Positions 1 through 15,300 of a DNA stretch of 64,000 nt are shown piece after piece; within the stretch, counting starts at the first letter, position 1, and every line of letters begins with the position of its first letter. A program made the translations under genes and the position numbers. The notes under the pieces were generated by a model. The model was not told where the DNA came from, did no database searches, and saw only the letters and a program-made list of their open reading frames with translations. The stretch is taken from NCBI GenBank assembly GCA_951812995.1, contig CATOTD010000003.1:152825-216824 (forward strand), given 5' to 3'. The stretch comes from an uncultured Gammaproteobacteria bacterium (lineage in GTDB: Bacteria; Pseudomonadota; Gammaproteobacteria; Eutrophobiales; Eutrophobiaceae).

Positions 1-165
1 CTCATATACGTTTTTACGTTGGTTTCTTTTTTATTATTTGATGGCTGGCTATTAGTCAGCCCTTAATATAAGTGTAGTCACCGCCGCAGTGGCGGTCAAC
101 TACTGCTTAATATCGCGTTTGTATTGTTTGCGGCATATTCGCGCCGCCGATTAAGTTATCCACAC

Positions 166-300
166 CCTGCTACCTTGCCGCCGACAAGGAAGTCAGCCTC
201 GGTCGCGCCTTTGAGGCGGTCATCATCGCCAGCGTTTTTGGGCTTGGCCAAGCCGACCGACCCCTATATTAAAAAAATAGGCCGCACATCAACCGCCCTA
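166..300 (-). repeat. Conserved 3' flank of giant gene 1 (identical copy downstream of gene 2 at 44707..44840)
   Basis: About 135 bp, gccgccgacaaggaagtcagcctcggtcgcgcctttgaggcggtcatcatcgccagcgtttttgggcttggccaagccgaccgacccctatattaaaaaaataggccgcacatcaaccgcc, virtually identical at both loci. It contains the palindrome ggcttggccaagcc. It is non-coding (the best ORF is 18 aa). Confidence 0.7.
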
Positions 301-3300
301 AATCACTGCAAAATAATTGGCGAAATTATCGATAATGTCCTGATGATCAACGTTGTTGAGCGTCATGTAGACCACCGTACCAGCCGTGTTAGTGATATTG
401 GCATGGTCACCGTTATCTGGATTATCTACCACTGCCAGACCCAGGGCGGCCAAGGTGTTCTCAAGGTCAGTCACGGTATCTATTTGAATGCGGTCGTTCT
501 GGCCCGTGTTAAAGTCGGTGATGATGTCGGTGTCTGCGGCCAGCGCATTGGTATCCAGTACAAACCTATCCGCACCCGCACCGCCGGTTAAGGTGTCAAG
601 GAGCACACCGCCCGTGTCGCCCGTGCCGCCGATAAGCGTATCATTGCCATCGCCGCCTTCGAGTGTATCAGCCCCCGCACCGCCGATGAGCATGTCATCA
701 CCCGTGCCGCCAATAAGAACGTCAATGCCCGCGCCGCCGATGAGGGTGTCATTACCCCGGTCGCCAGTAAGATTGTCAATGCCCGCGCCGCCTTCGAGGC
801 GGTTATTACCCCCATCGCCGGTTAAGGTGTCGTCGAAGGCCGAGCCGATGATGTTTTCGATGTTGCGCAAAACATCGCCCTCCGCCCAGCTGCTGCCGAC
901 ACCTGTATTTCCCAAGCTTACTGTCACGCCACTGGCATTGTCGATGGGGGCACCGGCATAACTCACGGTATCAATACCATCGCCGCCGTCAATGGTGTCC
1001 CCACCCGCGCCGCCGTTAAGCAGGTCATTGCCATCACCGCCATACAGCCGATCATTGCCCGCGCCGCCTTCGAGCACGTTGACATCCCCATCGCCAACCA
1101 GTACATCGATATATGCCGAACCAATCAGGTTTTCGATACTGGTGAGTCTATCGCCCGTGGCATCCGTGTTACCACCAGTCTGTGGTGCGCCTACAATATT
1201 GAGATTGACATACACGCCAGTCACGCCCGTGACTTCGGCCGCCAGCCCGTTGCGTGCATCTGCCGCTACGTCATAGTTCGCAACCGCTACCGCTCCCGCA
1301 TACGAGGCCGTATCTATACCATCGCCGCCTTCGAGTAGATCAGCCCCCGCGCCGCCGATGAGCATGTCATCACCCGTGCCGCCAAACAGCCCGTCCCTGC
1401 CCGCGCCGCCGATGAGGGTGTCATTACCCGGGTCGCCTTCAATACTGTCAGTGCCCGCGCCGCCTTCGATGCGGTTGGCATTGGCATCGCCGGTTAAGGT
1501 GTCGCCGAAGGCCGAGCCGATGATGTTTTCGATGTTGCGCAAAACATCGCCCTCCGCCCAGCTACCGCGGCCACTAAAAATTGCCAAGTTTACTTCCACG
1601 CCACTGGCATTGTCGATGGGGGCACCGACATAACTCACGGTATCAATGCCATCGCCGCCGTCAATGGTATCCGCCCCCGCGCCGCCGTTCAGCAGGTCAT
1701 TGCCATCGCCGCCATACAGCCGGTCATTACCCGCGCCGCCTTCGAGCACGTTGGCATTCCCATCACCGACCAGCACATCGATATATGCCGAACCAATCAG
1801 GTTTTCGATACTGGTGAGTCTATCGCCCAGCGCATCAGTCACGGTGTTGTCCGCATCGGTCGTCTGTGCACCAGCCTTGTTTAGATTGACATACACGCCA
1901 GTCACGCCCGTGACTTCGGCCGCCAGCCCGTTGGGTGCATCCGCCGCTACGATATACGCCATACCGGTTGCTGCCGCCGCCGCATACGAGGCGGTATCCA
2001 AGCCCGCGCCGCCATACAGCCGGTCAGCACCCGCGCCGCCTTCGAGTACGTTGGCATTCCCATCACCGACCAGCACATCGATATATGCCGAACCAATCAG
2101 GTTTTCGATACTGGTGAGTGTATCGCCCGCGGCCTCGCTCCCGACTTGTGCACCAGCCTTGTTTAGATTGACATACACGCCAGTCACACCCGTGACTTGG
2201 GCCGCCAGCCCGTTGGGTGCATCCGCCGCTACGATATACGCCATACCGGTTGCTGCCGCATTCGCATACGAGGCGGTATCCAAGCCCGCGCCGCCATACA
2301 GCCGGTCAGCACCCGCGCCGCCTTCGAGTACGTTGGCATCATTATTGCCGACCAGCACATCGATATATGCCGAACCAATCACGTTTTCGATACTGGAGAG
2401 TACATCGCCCCGCGCATCAGTCACCACGGTGTTGGTGGCATTGGTCGTCTGTGCAGTGCCGACCTTGTTTAGATTGACATACACGCCAGTCACGCCCGTG
2501 ACTTCGGCCGCCAGCCCGTTGCGTGCATCTGCCGCTACGATATACGCCATACCGGCTGCTGCCGCATTCGCATACGAGGCCGTATCCAAGCCCGCACCGC
2601 CATACAGCCGGTCAGCACCCGCGCCGCCTTCGAGTACGTTGGCATCATTATTGCCGACCAGCACATCGATATGCGCAGAACCAATCACGTTTTCGATACT
2701 GGAGAGTGCATCGCCCCGCGCATCAGTCACCACGGTGTTGGTGGCATTGGTCGTCTGTGCAGTGCCGACCTTGTTCAGATTGACATACACGCCGGTCACG
2801 CCAGTGACTTGGGCCGCCAGCCCGTTGCGTGCATCTGCCGCTACGATATACGGCGCAACCGCGGCTGCTCCCGCATACGAGGCCGTATCCGTGCCTGCGC
2901 CGCCGATTAAGGTATCCGCATCGCCGCCGCCGCTAAGGTGGTCATTGCCCGCGCCGCCTTCGAGTACGTTGGCATTCCCATCACCGATAAGCACATCGAT
3001 ATATGCCGAACCAATCAGGTTTTCGATACTGGTGAGTCTATCGCCCGTGGCCTCGCTCCCGACTTGTGCGCCAGACTTGTTTAGATTGACATACACGCCG
3101 GTCACGCCCGTGACTTGGGCCGCCAGCCCGTTGGTGGCATCTGCCGCTACGATATACGCCATACCGGTTGCCGCTGCCGCCGCATACGAGGCCGTATCCG
3201 TGCCATCGCCGCCTTCGAGTGTATCAGCCCCCGCACCGCCGATGAGCATGTCATCACCCGTGCCGCCAATAAGAACGTCAATGCCCGCGCCGCCGATGAG

Positions 3301-6300
3301 GGTGTCATTACCCCGGTCGCCAGTAAGATTGTCAATGCCCGCGCCGCCTTCGAGGCGGTTATTACCCCCATCGCCGGTTAAGGTGTCGTCGAAGGCCGAG
3401 CCGATGATGTTTTCGATGTTGCGCAAAACATCGCCCTCCGCCCAGCTGCCGCCGACACCTGTATTTCCCAAGCTTACTGCCACGCCACTGGCATTGTCGA
3501 TGGGGGCACCGGCATAACTCACGGTATCAATACCATCGCCGCCGTCAATGGTGTCCCCACCCGCGCCGCCGTTAAGCAGGTCATTGCCATCACCGCCATA
3601 CAGCCGATCATTGCCCGCGCCGCCTTCGAGCACATTGGCATCCCCATCGCCAACCAGTACATCGTTATGCGCCGAACCAATCAGGTTTTCGATACTGGTG
3701 AGTCTATCGCCCGTGGCATCCGTGTTACCACCAGTCTGTGGTGCGCCTACAATATTGAGATTGACATACACGCCGGTCACGCCCGTGACGCGGGTTGCCA
3801 GCCCGTTGCGTGCATCTGCCGCTACGTCATAGTTCGCAACCGCGGCTACTCCCGCATACGAGGCCGTATCTATACCATCGCCGCCTTCGAGTATATCAGC
3901 CCCCGCACCGCCGATGAGCATGTCATCACCCGTGCCGCCAATAAGAACGTCAATGCCCGCGCCGCCTTCGAGGCGGTTATTACCCCCATCGCCGGTTAAG
4001 GTGTCGTTGAAGGCCGAGCCGATGATGTTTTCGATGTTGCGCAAAACATCGCCCACCGACCAACTGATACCATTAACCTGCCTAGACTGGCTCAAGTTTA
4101 CGAACACGCCATCGGTATTGTCGATGGGGGCACCGACATAACTCACGGTATCAATGCCATCGCCGCCGTCAATGGTGTCCCCACCCGCGCCGCCGTTCAG
4201 CAGGTCATTACCATCGCCGCCGTTAAGCGTATCCGCACCCGTGCCGCCAATAAGAACGTCATTGCCCGCGCCGCCGATGAGGGTGTCATTACCCGCGTTG
4301 CCAGTAAGACTGTCATTGCCCGCGCCGCCTTCGAGGCGGTTGTTACCTCCATCGCCGGTTAAGGTGTCGTCGAAGGCCGAGCCGATGATGTTTTCGATGT
4401 TGGAGAGTGTATCGCCCACCGACCAACTGGTACCATTAACCTGCCTAAACTGGCTCAAGTTTACTGCCACGCCACTGGCATTGTCGATGGGGGCACCGGC
4501 ATAACTCACGGTATCAATACCATCGCCGCCGTCAATGGTGTCCCCACCCGCGCCGCCGTTAAGCAGGTCATTGCCATCACCGCCATACAGCCGATCATTA
4601 CCCGCACCGCCTTCGAGCACGTTGGCATCATTATTGCCGACCAGCACATCGATATGCGCAGAACCAATCAGGTTTTCGATACTGGAGAGTCTATCGCCCA
4701 GCGCATCAGTCACGGTGTTGTCCGCATCGGTCGTCTGTGGGCCGACCTTGGTCAGATTGACATACACGCCAGTCACGCCCGTGACTGTGGCCGTCAGCCC
4801 ATTGGCGGCATCCATTGCCACATTGTACCCCCCCGCCACTGCCGCCACATTCGCATACGAGGCGGTATCTGTACCTGCGCCGCCGTTAAGCGTATCCGCA
4901 CCCGCGCCGCCGCTAAGGTGGTCATTGCCCGCGCCGCCTTCGAGTACGTTGGCATCATTATTGCCGATAAGTACATCAGCTTGCGCCGAGCCGATGACGT
5001 TTTCGATATTGCGCAAGATATCGCCCCGCGCATCAGTCACCACGGTGTTGGTGGCATCGGTCGTCTGTGGGCCGACCTTGTTCAAATTGACATACACGCC
5101 GGTTATGTTTATATCAATCGCCAGCCCGCTATCTGCCGCCGCTACGATATACGCCATACCAGTCGCTGCTGCCGCCGCATACGAGGCGGTATCTGTGCCA
5201 TCGCCGCCGTTAAGCGTATCCGCACCCGCACCGCCTTCGAGGCGGTTGGCATTGGCATCGCCGGTTAGCGTGTCGGCGTGGGTTGAGCCATCGATGTTTT
5301 CGATGTTGAGCAAAATATCGCCTGCCGCCCAGCCGTTGGCGTTCTGCGTATTGTCGGACAAGTTTACCGTAACACCCGCCGATGCCCCGGCATAGCTCAC
5401 GGTGTCGAGGCCGCCCTTGCCATCGATAAGGTCGGCACCCGCGGTGGCATCATAGCTATTATCGGCATCATCGCCAATAGTCGCGCCGCTGTTGAAGTTC
5501 ACGCGGTGTACCGTGGCGGTGGAGTCTAGCCCGTCCGCATCAGTCAAGACGATCGAAAATTCGCGCACGCGGTCGGTGGCGTTTGGCGCATTGGTATTGT
5601 CATAGCGCAAGGCGGCGAGGATGGACTCAACCTCTATAGTCGTTAAGTTGCCGCCAGTCTTGGTGACGGTAATGGTACCGGCACCTGTTGCGGCATCGGT
5701 CTGGCGCCAGGCCAGCGTGAGGCCGGTGATACCGGCAATGGTAACGTTGCTGGCATCGGCATTGGCTGCCGCACCGATGGCGAGGGCCAGGTCCGCGCCC
5801 ATGGCATTGCTACCATAGACCAGTTGTTCGTCCGTGGGGTCGAGGCCGGTGGCGGTAATCGTAATCGTACTTATCGTCGCCGTCAGCGGCAGTTCGATGA
5901 CCTGTACGCCGTCATCCCCATAAGCACTGACCAGGGCGTAGGCACGGCCGTCGATGACCGTGGTCGTGATGTCCTTTGCACCATACAGTGCGGTATTGTC
6001 ACCATCATCAGTAATCGTACCTGCGGGCGTGGGATTCTGCGGGTCGGAGATGTCGATGATCTGTACCCCGTCATCATTCTCGGCGGCGACCAGGGCGTAG
6101 GTCTTGCCAGCGACCACCACCGTGGTGATACCGCTTGCACCATTCAATACGGTAAATGGGCTATTCGCGTCCTGGTTATGATCGACAATCGCGGCCGTGG
6201 GCATGGGATTGTGTGGATCGCTGATGTCGATGATCTGTACCCCGTCATCATTCTCGGCGGCGACCAGGGCGTAGGTCTTGCCAGCGATCACCACCGTGGT

Positions 6301-9300
6301 GATGGCGATTGCACCATCCAGGGCGGTCTTGTCACCATCATCAGTAATCGCGGCCGTGGGCTTGGGATCATCCGGGTCGGAGATGTCGATAATCTGTACC
6401 CCGTCATCATCATAGGCGGCGACCAGCGCGTAGGTCTTGCCGCCCACCACCACCGTGGTGATGGCGTTTGCACCGTCAAGTTCGGTGTAGCCACCTGTAT
6501 CATCGCTAATCGCGGCCGTGGGCGTGGGCGTGGCGGGGTTGGAGATGTCGATAATCTGTACCCCATCATCATCATAGGCGGCGACCAGGACGTAGGTCGC
6601 ATCGCCGATCTTCACCGTAGTGATGCCGCGCGCACCACCGAGCGCGGTGTAAGGCGTATTAGCCCCCACCACCCCCACCATGCTGTCAGTAACCACGGCC
6701 GTGGGCTTGGGCATGGCGGGGTCGGAAATGTTGAGTATCCGTACCCCGTTACTATTATCGGCGGCGATGAGCGCGTAGGTATGCGGCACACCGGTATCTC
6801 GGTCATTAATAACCACCGTGGTGATTGCATATGGGGTAAGCAGTCGGTAGCTGCCATCGTCATCAGTAACTGCGGCCGTGGGCGAGGGATTGTTCGGGTC
6901 GGAAATGTTGAGTATCTGTACCCCGTTATACTCAGAGGAAGTGATCAGGGCGTAGGGAATGCCGCCGATGACCACCGTAGTGATGGACTCTGGAGAATCC
7001 AGCTTGGTGTTGGGATCAAAGTCGTCAATATTGCCCCTTGCCACTGGTGCCGATAAGGCGACCTCATCGCCCGCTGTGGCCTTGGCTCCCAAGACCACAC
7101 CCGCACCCAGTGCCGCATCGTTGACTATGCTGTAGGCAGTTTTAAGTGCCAGGGTCGGCGGGATAGTGTAGATAAAATGATCGTCCGTCAACGCCGCCTC
7201 CACGACCCCGATCAGCGTGATGGTGCCGGTAGGGGTGGTAATGACTGTATTGCCATTGCCATCATCAAGCGTTGCGCCCTGCACAGCTATCAGGTTGGCA
7301 AAGCCAGGAATGGCAGACAGATCGATTTTATTATTACCGGTGTTAAAATCAGTAATGGTGTCATTGCTGTGACCTGCGGCAAAGACAAAGGTATCATCGT
7401 CCGCCCCGCCCGTTAAGGTGTCATCCCCGGCCCCGCCGCTAAGCGTGTCATCCCCGGCCCCGCCGCTAAGCGTGTCATCCCCGGCCCCGCCGCTAAGGTG
7501 GTCATTGCCCGCCCCGCCGTCTAACCGGTTGCCATCATTATTGCCGATAAGCACATCGATATGCGCCGAGCCAATGAGGTTTTCGATATTGAAGAGTACA
7601 TCGCCCGCGGCCTCGCTACCGACTTGTGCGCCGACCTCGTTTAGATTGACATACACACCAGTTACGCCCACAACCGCAGTCGCCAGCCCATAGGCGGGGT
7701 ATGCTGCCACGGTGTACCGCGTCACTGCCACTGCCGCCGCATACGAGGCCGTATCTGTGCCATCGCCGCCGTCCAGCCTATCGGCACCCGCACCGCCGCT
7801 AAGGTGGTCATTGCCATCGCCGCCGTCCAGCCGATTGACCTCAGCATTGCCGATAAGCACATCAGCCTGCGCCGAGCCAATCAGGTTTTCGATATTGGAG
7901 AGTGTATCGTCCGTGGCATCCGTGTTGCCAAGGGTCTGTGCCGTGCCTACCTTGTTCAGATTGACATACACGCCGGTCACACCCGTGACTTCGCCCGCCA
8001 GCCCGTTGGGTAAATCCGCCGCTACGATGTACGACGCAACCGCCACCGCACTGGCATACGAGACGGTATCATCGCCATCGCCGCCGTCCAATGTGTCACC
8101 ACCCGCACCGCCGATAAGCACGTCATCGCCATCGCCGCCGTCCAGGATATCCGCACCCGCACCGCCTTCAAGTCGATTGACATTCGCATCGCCGGTTAGC
8201 GTGTCGGCTTGGGCGGTACCGATGAGGTTTTCGATGTTGAGCAAAACATCGCCCGCCGCCCAGCCGTTGGCGTTCTTGCTATTGTCGGATAAATCCACGG
8301 TCACGCCGTTGCCGTCTGTGACACCGGCATAACTCATGGTGTCCACGCCGCCCCGGCCATCGATAAGGTCGGCGTTGGCGGTGGCGGCGTAGCTAAGGCC
8401 AGCATCATCGCCAATGATCGCGCCGCTGTTGAAGTTCACGCTGTGTACCGTGGCGGTGGAGACGTTACCGTCAAGGTCGGTCAGCACGATCGAAAATTCG
8501 CGCACGCGGTCGGTGGCAGTGTCTGAAGCGGTATTGTCGTAGCGCAAGGCGGCGAGGATGGCCTCGACCTCTATGGTCGTGAGGTTGCTATTGTCGGTCT
8601 TGGTGACGGTAATGGTGTCCTCAGTATTATCCCAGACAATGTTAAGGCCGGTGATACCGGCAATCGTGACATCGCTCAAGCTGGCATCGTCACCGCCAAT
8701 AGCCAGGGCCAGGTCCACGCCCACGGCATTGCTACCATAGACCAGTTGTTCGTTGCTGTTATCCAGGCCGGTGGCGGTAATGGTGATGGTGCTAATGGTC
8801 TCGGTCAGCGGCAGTTCTATGACCTGTACGCTACTATCATCATAGGCACTGACCAGGGCGTAGGCACGGCCGTCTATCACCGTGGTGGTGATGTCCTCTG
8901 CACCATCCAATAAGGTGTTGGCCGCCGCATTAGTAATCGCGGCCACCGCGGTTGGGTTCTCGGGATCAGATATATCAATAATCTGTACCCCATCATCAAC
9001 GTAGGCGGTGGCCAGGGCGTAGGTCTTGCCGGCTATCACCATGGTCGTGATACTGTATACGCTACCCAGTACGAAGCCATTTTGTTTATCGTAAATCGCG
9101 GCCGTGGGCGTGGGATTGTGCGGGTCGGAGATGTCAATAATCTGTACCCCGTCATCATCATTGGCGGCGACCAGCGCGTAGGTCTTGCCTTTGATCACCA
9201 CCGTGGTGATGTCGATTGCACCCAACAGTGCGGTCTTGTCATCATCAGTAATCGCGGCCGTCGGCTTGGGCTTGTGCGGGTCGGAGATGTCAATAATCTG

Positions 9301-12300
9301 TACCCCGGCGGTACCCTCCACAAAGATATCACCATTGGCGGCGACCAGCGCGTAGGTCTTGCCTTTGATCACCACCGTGGTGATGTCGATTGCACCCAAC
9401 AGTGCGGTGTAGCCGCCCTCGCCATCGACAAGCGCGGCCGTGGGCGTGGGCATGTCGGGGTTGCTGATGTCGATAATCTGTACCCCGTCATCCGCATAGG
9501 CGGCGACTAGCGCGTAGGTCGCATCGCCGATCTTCACCGTGGTGATGGCGCGGGCACCACCGAGTGCGGTGTAGCCGCCTGTATCATCAGTAATCGCGGC
9601 CGTGGGCTGGGGGTCAATCGGGTCGGAAATGTCGATAATCTGTACCCCGTCACTATCATTATCAATGACCAGGGCGTAGGTGCTGGCACCGATCTTCACC
9701 GTGGTGATTGCATACGGGCTAAACAGTCGGGTGTAGCCGCCCTCGCCATCGGTAATCGTGGTCACCACAGTCGGCATGTCGGGATCGGAGATGTTGAGTA
9801 TCTGCACCACGCTATCATCATAGAAGGCGACCAGGGCGTAGGGAATGCCACCGATGACCACCGTGGTGATGGACTCAGGACTAGTCAGCACGTTATCGGT
9901 AATATTGCCCCTTGCCACCAGGGTCTGTAAGGCGACATCATCACCGGCCCTGGCCTTGGCTCCCAAGGCCACACCCGCGCCCAGTGCCGCATCGTTGAGT
10001 ATGCTGTAGGCAGTTTTAAGTGCCAGGGTCGGCGGGATAGCGTAGATAAAATGATCGTCTGTCAACGCCGCCTCCATGACCCCGATCAGCGTGATGGTGT
10101 TGCCAGCACTGGTGGTAATGACTGTATTGCCATTGCCATCATCAAGCGTTGCGCCCTGCACAGCTATCAGGTTGGTAAAGCCAGCAATGGCAGACACATC
10201 AATTTTATTATTACCGTTGGTAAAATCAGTAATGGTGTCTGCACCATGACCTGGGGCAAAGACAAAGATGTCATCGCCCGTGCCGCCGGTTAGTCGGTTG
10301 GCATTCCCAGCACCGACCAATACATCGTTATGCGCAGAACCAATCAGGTTTTCGATATTGAGCAAGATATCGCCCCGCGCATCAGTCGTCACGGTGTTGC
10401 CGACATTGGTCGTTTGTGCGCCGACCTTGTTCAAATTGACATACACGCCAGTCACGCCCGCAACGCGGGTTGCCAGCCCATGGGCTGCATCCGCCTCTAC
10501 GATGTACGCCGCCACTGCTACCGCACCCGCATACGAGGCCGTATCTATACCATCGCCGCCGTCTAGCCTATCCGCACCCGCGCCGCCTTCGAGGCGGTTG
10601 GCATTGACATCGCCGGTGAGCGTGTCGGCTTGGTCGGTGCCGATCAGGTTTTCGATATTGAGCAAGATGTCGCCTGCCGCCCAGCCGCCCATGTTCTTGG
10701 TATTGTCGGACAAGTCCACGGTTACGCCGTTGCCGTCTGTGGCACCGGCATAGCTCACGGTGTCTGCGCCGCCCTTGCCATCGATAAGGTCGGCGGCGGC
10801 GGTGGCGGCAAAGGACTGCTCGGCATCATCGCCCACCTGCGCGCCGCTGTTGACGTTCACGCGGTGTACCGTGGGGGTGGAGTCTATTCCGCCTTGGTCG
10901 GTGAGCTCGATCGAAAACTCGCGCACGCGGTCGGTGGCGTTTGGCGCATCGGCGTTTTGGTAGCGCAAGGCGGCAAGGATGGCCTCAACCTCTATGGTTG
11001 TTAAGTTGCCGCCGCCGTGTTTGCTGATCGTGATGGTGTTCGCGGTGCTATCCCAGACTATGTTAAGGCCGGTGATACCGGCAATGGTCACGTTGTTCGC
11101 GCGGGTATTGACCCCACCTATCGCCAGTACCGCGCCCGTACCATAGGCCAGTTGTTCGTCCGTGGGGTCAAGACCGGTGGCGGTAATGGTAATCGCGCGT
11201 ATGGTCGCCGGGATAGGCAGTTCAATGACCTGTATGCCGACATCACTATAACCCGCGACAAAGGCGTAAGTTTTGCCCGCGATCTCCGCCATGGTGATGT
11301 TGAATACACCTGCGAGTTCGGTGTAGCTATCCGCGCCATCTCTGAGCGCTACGACCGCAGTCGGGTTTTCAGGATCGGTAATGTCGATGACCTGCACCGC
11401 ATTATCACCGAAGCCGGTCACCAGGGCATAGGTACGGCCGGCAATGACTGTGGTGCTAATCGCGTAGGCAGTCCGCAGTGCGGTGTAGGGACTGGCGGCC
11501 TGACCTGCCACACTGCTATCAAACAATGCCCCGACCGCGGTCGGGGTCTCGGGCGTTGTGATGTCGATAATCTGCACACCGTGATCTTCACTGGCGGCGA
11601 CCAGCGCGTAAGTCTTGCCGTCTATTACCACCGTGGTGATATCCCACGCGCCACGCAGTGCGGTAAAGCCATCTGCATCATCAGTAATCGCGGCAACATG
11701 ACTAGGGGTCTCGGGCGTTGTGATGTCAATAATCTGTACCCCGTCATCCGCGCTGGCGGCGACCAGCGCGTAGGTCTGGCCTTTAATCACCACCGTGGTA
11801 ATGCCAATCGCACCATCGAGCTCGGTGTAGTCGGTGAGCGCGCCCGCCGTGCTGTCAGTAATGGCCGCGACCGCGGTTGGGGTGGCAGGCGTGGAGATGT
11901 CGATAATCTGCACCCCGTCATCGTTTTGGGCGGCGACCAAGGCGTAGGTCTTGCCTTTAATCACCACCGTGGTAATGCCGCGGGCACCCAACAGTTCGGT
12001 GTAGTTGGTGGTCGCATCGGGGTGATTGTCGGGTTGATCCTCACGCGCGGTGGCAATGGTCTGAATAGTCGGGGGGTTGTCGGGGTTGAGGGGATCGGTT
12101 CTAAGCTCAAGTATCTGTACCCCGTCATCACCCAAGGCGGCGACCAGCGCGTAGGTCACACCGCCGATGACCACGGTGGTGATGGCTTCTGGGCTACTCA
12201 GCTCCAGCATGTCGGTATTGGCTATACTGCCGATCTGCTCGGCGGCCGCCGGGTCGCTCACGTCTATCAACTGTACGCTGTTGCTAACGCGCACGGTGGC

Positions 12301-15300
12301 CAGCAGATAGGTCTTGCCGCCGATGTCCACGGTGCTCAGGGCGGTCGGGCCTACCAGCGAAAATTGGGCGGAGTCATCGGCATCATTGACCCCATTGGCA
12401 TAAGCCGCCGTAGCGGTTGGGGTCTGGAGCGCGGCATCATCGCCGGCCCGAGTGTTGGCTCCCAAGACCACACCCGTGGTCAGTGCCGCCTCGTTGAGTA
12501 TGCTGTAAGAGGTTTTAAGTGCCAGGGTCGGCGGGATAGCATAGATAAAATCATCTTCCGTCAAGTCATTCTCCTCGACCCCGGTCAGCGTGATGGTATG
12601 GCCAAGACTGGTGGTAATGACTGTATTGCCACTGCCATCATCAAGCGTTGCGTCCTGCACAGCTTTCAGGTTGGTAAAGCCCGCAATGGCGGATAGATCG
12701 ATTTTATTATTACCGGTGTTAAAATCGGTAATGGTGTCTGTGCCATGACCGGGCTTAAAGACAAAAGTATCATTACCCGCGCCGCCGGTTAAGGTGTCAT
12801 CCCCGGCACCGCCTTCGAGGGTATTCGCCCCCGACTCGCCAACCAGTACATCGTTATGCGCAGAGCCAATCAGGTTTTCGATACTGGTGAGTGTATCACC
12901 CGCGGCCTCGTTCCCGACTTGTGCGCTGTTGCCTTTGTACAGATTGACATACACGCCGGTCACGCCGGTGACTGCGACCGTCAGCCCGTTGGGTCGATCC
13001 ATTGCCACATCGTAGCCCATCACTGCCGCCGCTGCCGCATACGAGGCCGTATCCGTACCTGCGCCGCCGTTAAGCGTATCCGCACCCGCGCCGCCGATTA
13101 AGGTATCATCGCCCAAACCGCCGTTAAGTGTATCGGCATCCGCGCCGCCGCTAAGCTGGTCATTGCCCGCACCGCCGTCAAGCCGGTTGGCATCATCATT
13201 GCCGACCAGTACATCGTTATGCGCAGAACCAATCAGGTTTTCGATATGGGTGAGCACATCGCCTAGCGCATCGGTCATGGTGCCGTCCGCATCGGTCGTC
13301 TGTGCGTCGCCCTTGTTCAGGTTGACATACACGCCGGTTACGCCCGTGACTTTGGCCGCCAGTCCGTTGGGTGCATCCGCCGCCACGATATACGCCACAC
13401 CGGCTGCCGCTGCCGCCGCATACGAGGCCGTATCTGTACCATCGCCGCCGTCCAACGTATCCGCACCCGCACCGCCGCTAAGGTGGTCATTGCCCGCGCC
13501 GCCGTCTAAGCGGTTGGCATCCCCATCGCCAACCAGTACATCGTTATGCGCCGAGCCGATCAGGTTTTCGATATTGGTCAGTGTATCGCCCGTGGCATCC
13601 GTGTTGCCAAGGGTCTGTGCATCGGCCTTGTTCAGGTTGACATACACGCCAGTCACGCCCGTGACTTGGGCCGCCAGCCCGTTGGGTGCATCCGCCGCCA
13701 CAACATACGCCGCCACTGCTGCTGCACTGGCATACGAGGCGGTATCTGTGTCTGCACCGCCGTCTAGCGTATCGGCCCCCGCACCGCCGATAAGCGTGTC
13801 ATCATCCGCGCCACCGCTAATGGTGTCATCACCATCGCCGCCAGTTAAGGTGTCATCACCGCCGCCGCCGTTTAAGGTGTCGGCACCCGCGCCGCCATCT
13901 AAGCGGTTGGCATTGGCATCGCCAGTGAGCGTGTCAGCGTGGTCAGTGCCAATCAGGTTTTCGATATTGCTAAGTGTATCGCCTGCGGCATCGCCGCCCG
14001 CGTTATTGGTATTGTCGGATAAGTCCACGGTCACACCAGCCGCTGATGCGGCGTAGCTTGCGGTATCTGTACCTGCGCCGCCGTCTAAAGTATCGCCGCC
14101 CGCGCCGCCGATTAAGGTGTCATCACCCGTGCTGCCGGTTAAAGTATCTGCACCTGCGCCGCCATCTAGCGTATCATCACCCGCGCCGCCGATTAAGGTG
14201 TCATTACCCGTGCCGCCTTCCAGCCGGTTGTCATTGCCATCGCCGACCAGCAGATCGCCATGCGCCGAGCCAATCAGATTTTCGATATTGGTGAGTGTAT
14301 CGCCTGCGGCATCGCCGTCCGCATTATTGTTATTGTCGGATAAGCTCACGGTCACACCGGCCGCTGATGCGGCGTAGCTTGCGGTATCATCCGTGCCTGC
14401 GCCGCCGTCTAAAGTATCACCGCCCGCGCCGCCGATTAAAGTATCATCACCTGCGCCGCCATCTAAAGTATCATCACCCGCGCCGCCGATTAAAGTATCA
14501 TCGCCCGCGCCGCCATCTAGCTGGTTGGCATCCGCATCGCCGATCAGCAAATCATCATGGCCTGAGCCAACGATGTTTTCGATATTGATCAGTGTATCGC
14601 CATACGCATCAGTCACGGTGTTGGCCGCATCGGTGGTCTGTGCGTCGGCCTTGCGTAGGTTGACATACACACCGGTCACACCCATGACTTCGGCCGCCAG
14701 TCCGTTGGGTACATCCATTGCCACGGTATACCCCGCCGCAACTCGAGCCGCACCCGCATACGAGGCGGTATCATCTGTGCCTGCGCCGCCGTCTAGCGTA
14801 TCCGCACCGCCGCCGCCTTCAAGCGTGTCATCACCCGCGCCGCCGTTTAAGCGGTTGTCATTGGCATCGCCGGTCAAGGTGTCTGCGTTGGGAGAGCCAG
14901 TCAGGTTTTCGATATTGCTTAAAATATCACCTGCCGCCCAGCCGCCCATGTTCTTGGTATTGTCGGATAAATCCACAGTCACGCCGTTGCCGTCTGTGGC
15001 ACCAGCATAACTCATGGTATCCGTGCCGCCCTGGCCATCGATCACATCGGCACCAGCGGTGGCGGCAAAGGACTGGTCAGCGTCATTGCCCACCTGCGCG
15101 TTGGTGTTGACGTTCACGCGGTGTACCGTGGGGGTGGAGGTTATTCCGTCGGCATTGGTCAAGACGATCGAGAACAACCGGTCGCCATCGGTGGCGGTTG
15201 CTGCATTGGCGTTTTGGTAGCGCAGCGCGGCCAGGATCGCCTCGACCTCAATGGTGGTTAAGTTGCTGTTGTTGGTCTTGGTTACGGTAATGGTTTTCGC

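Noticed and set aside
166-300. Rho-independent terminator downstream of the giant genes (palindrome ggcttggccaagcc, cctat...atagg hairpin)
   Set aside because: On the coding (minus) strand neither hairpin is followed by a U-tract. The stems are short. It is not annotated as a terminator; it may still be a structured 3' element.
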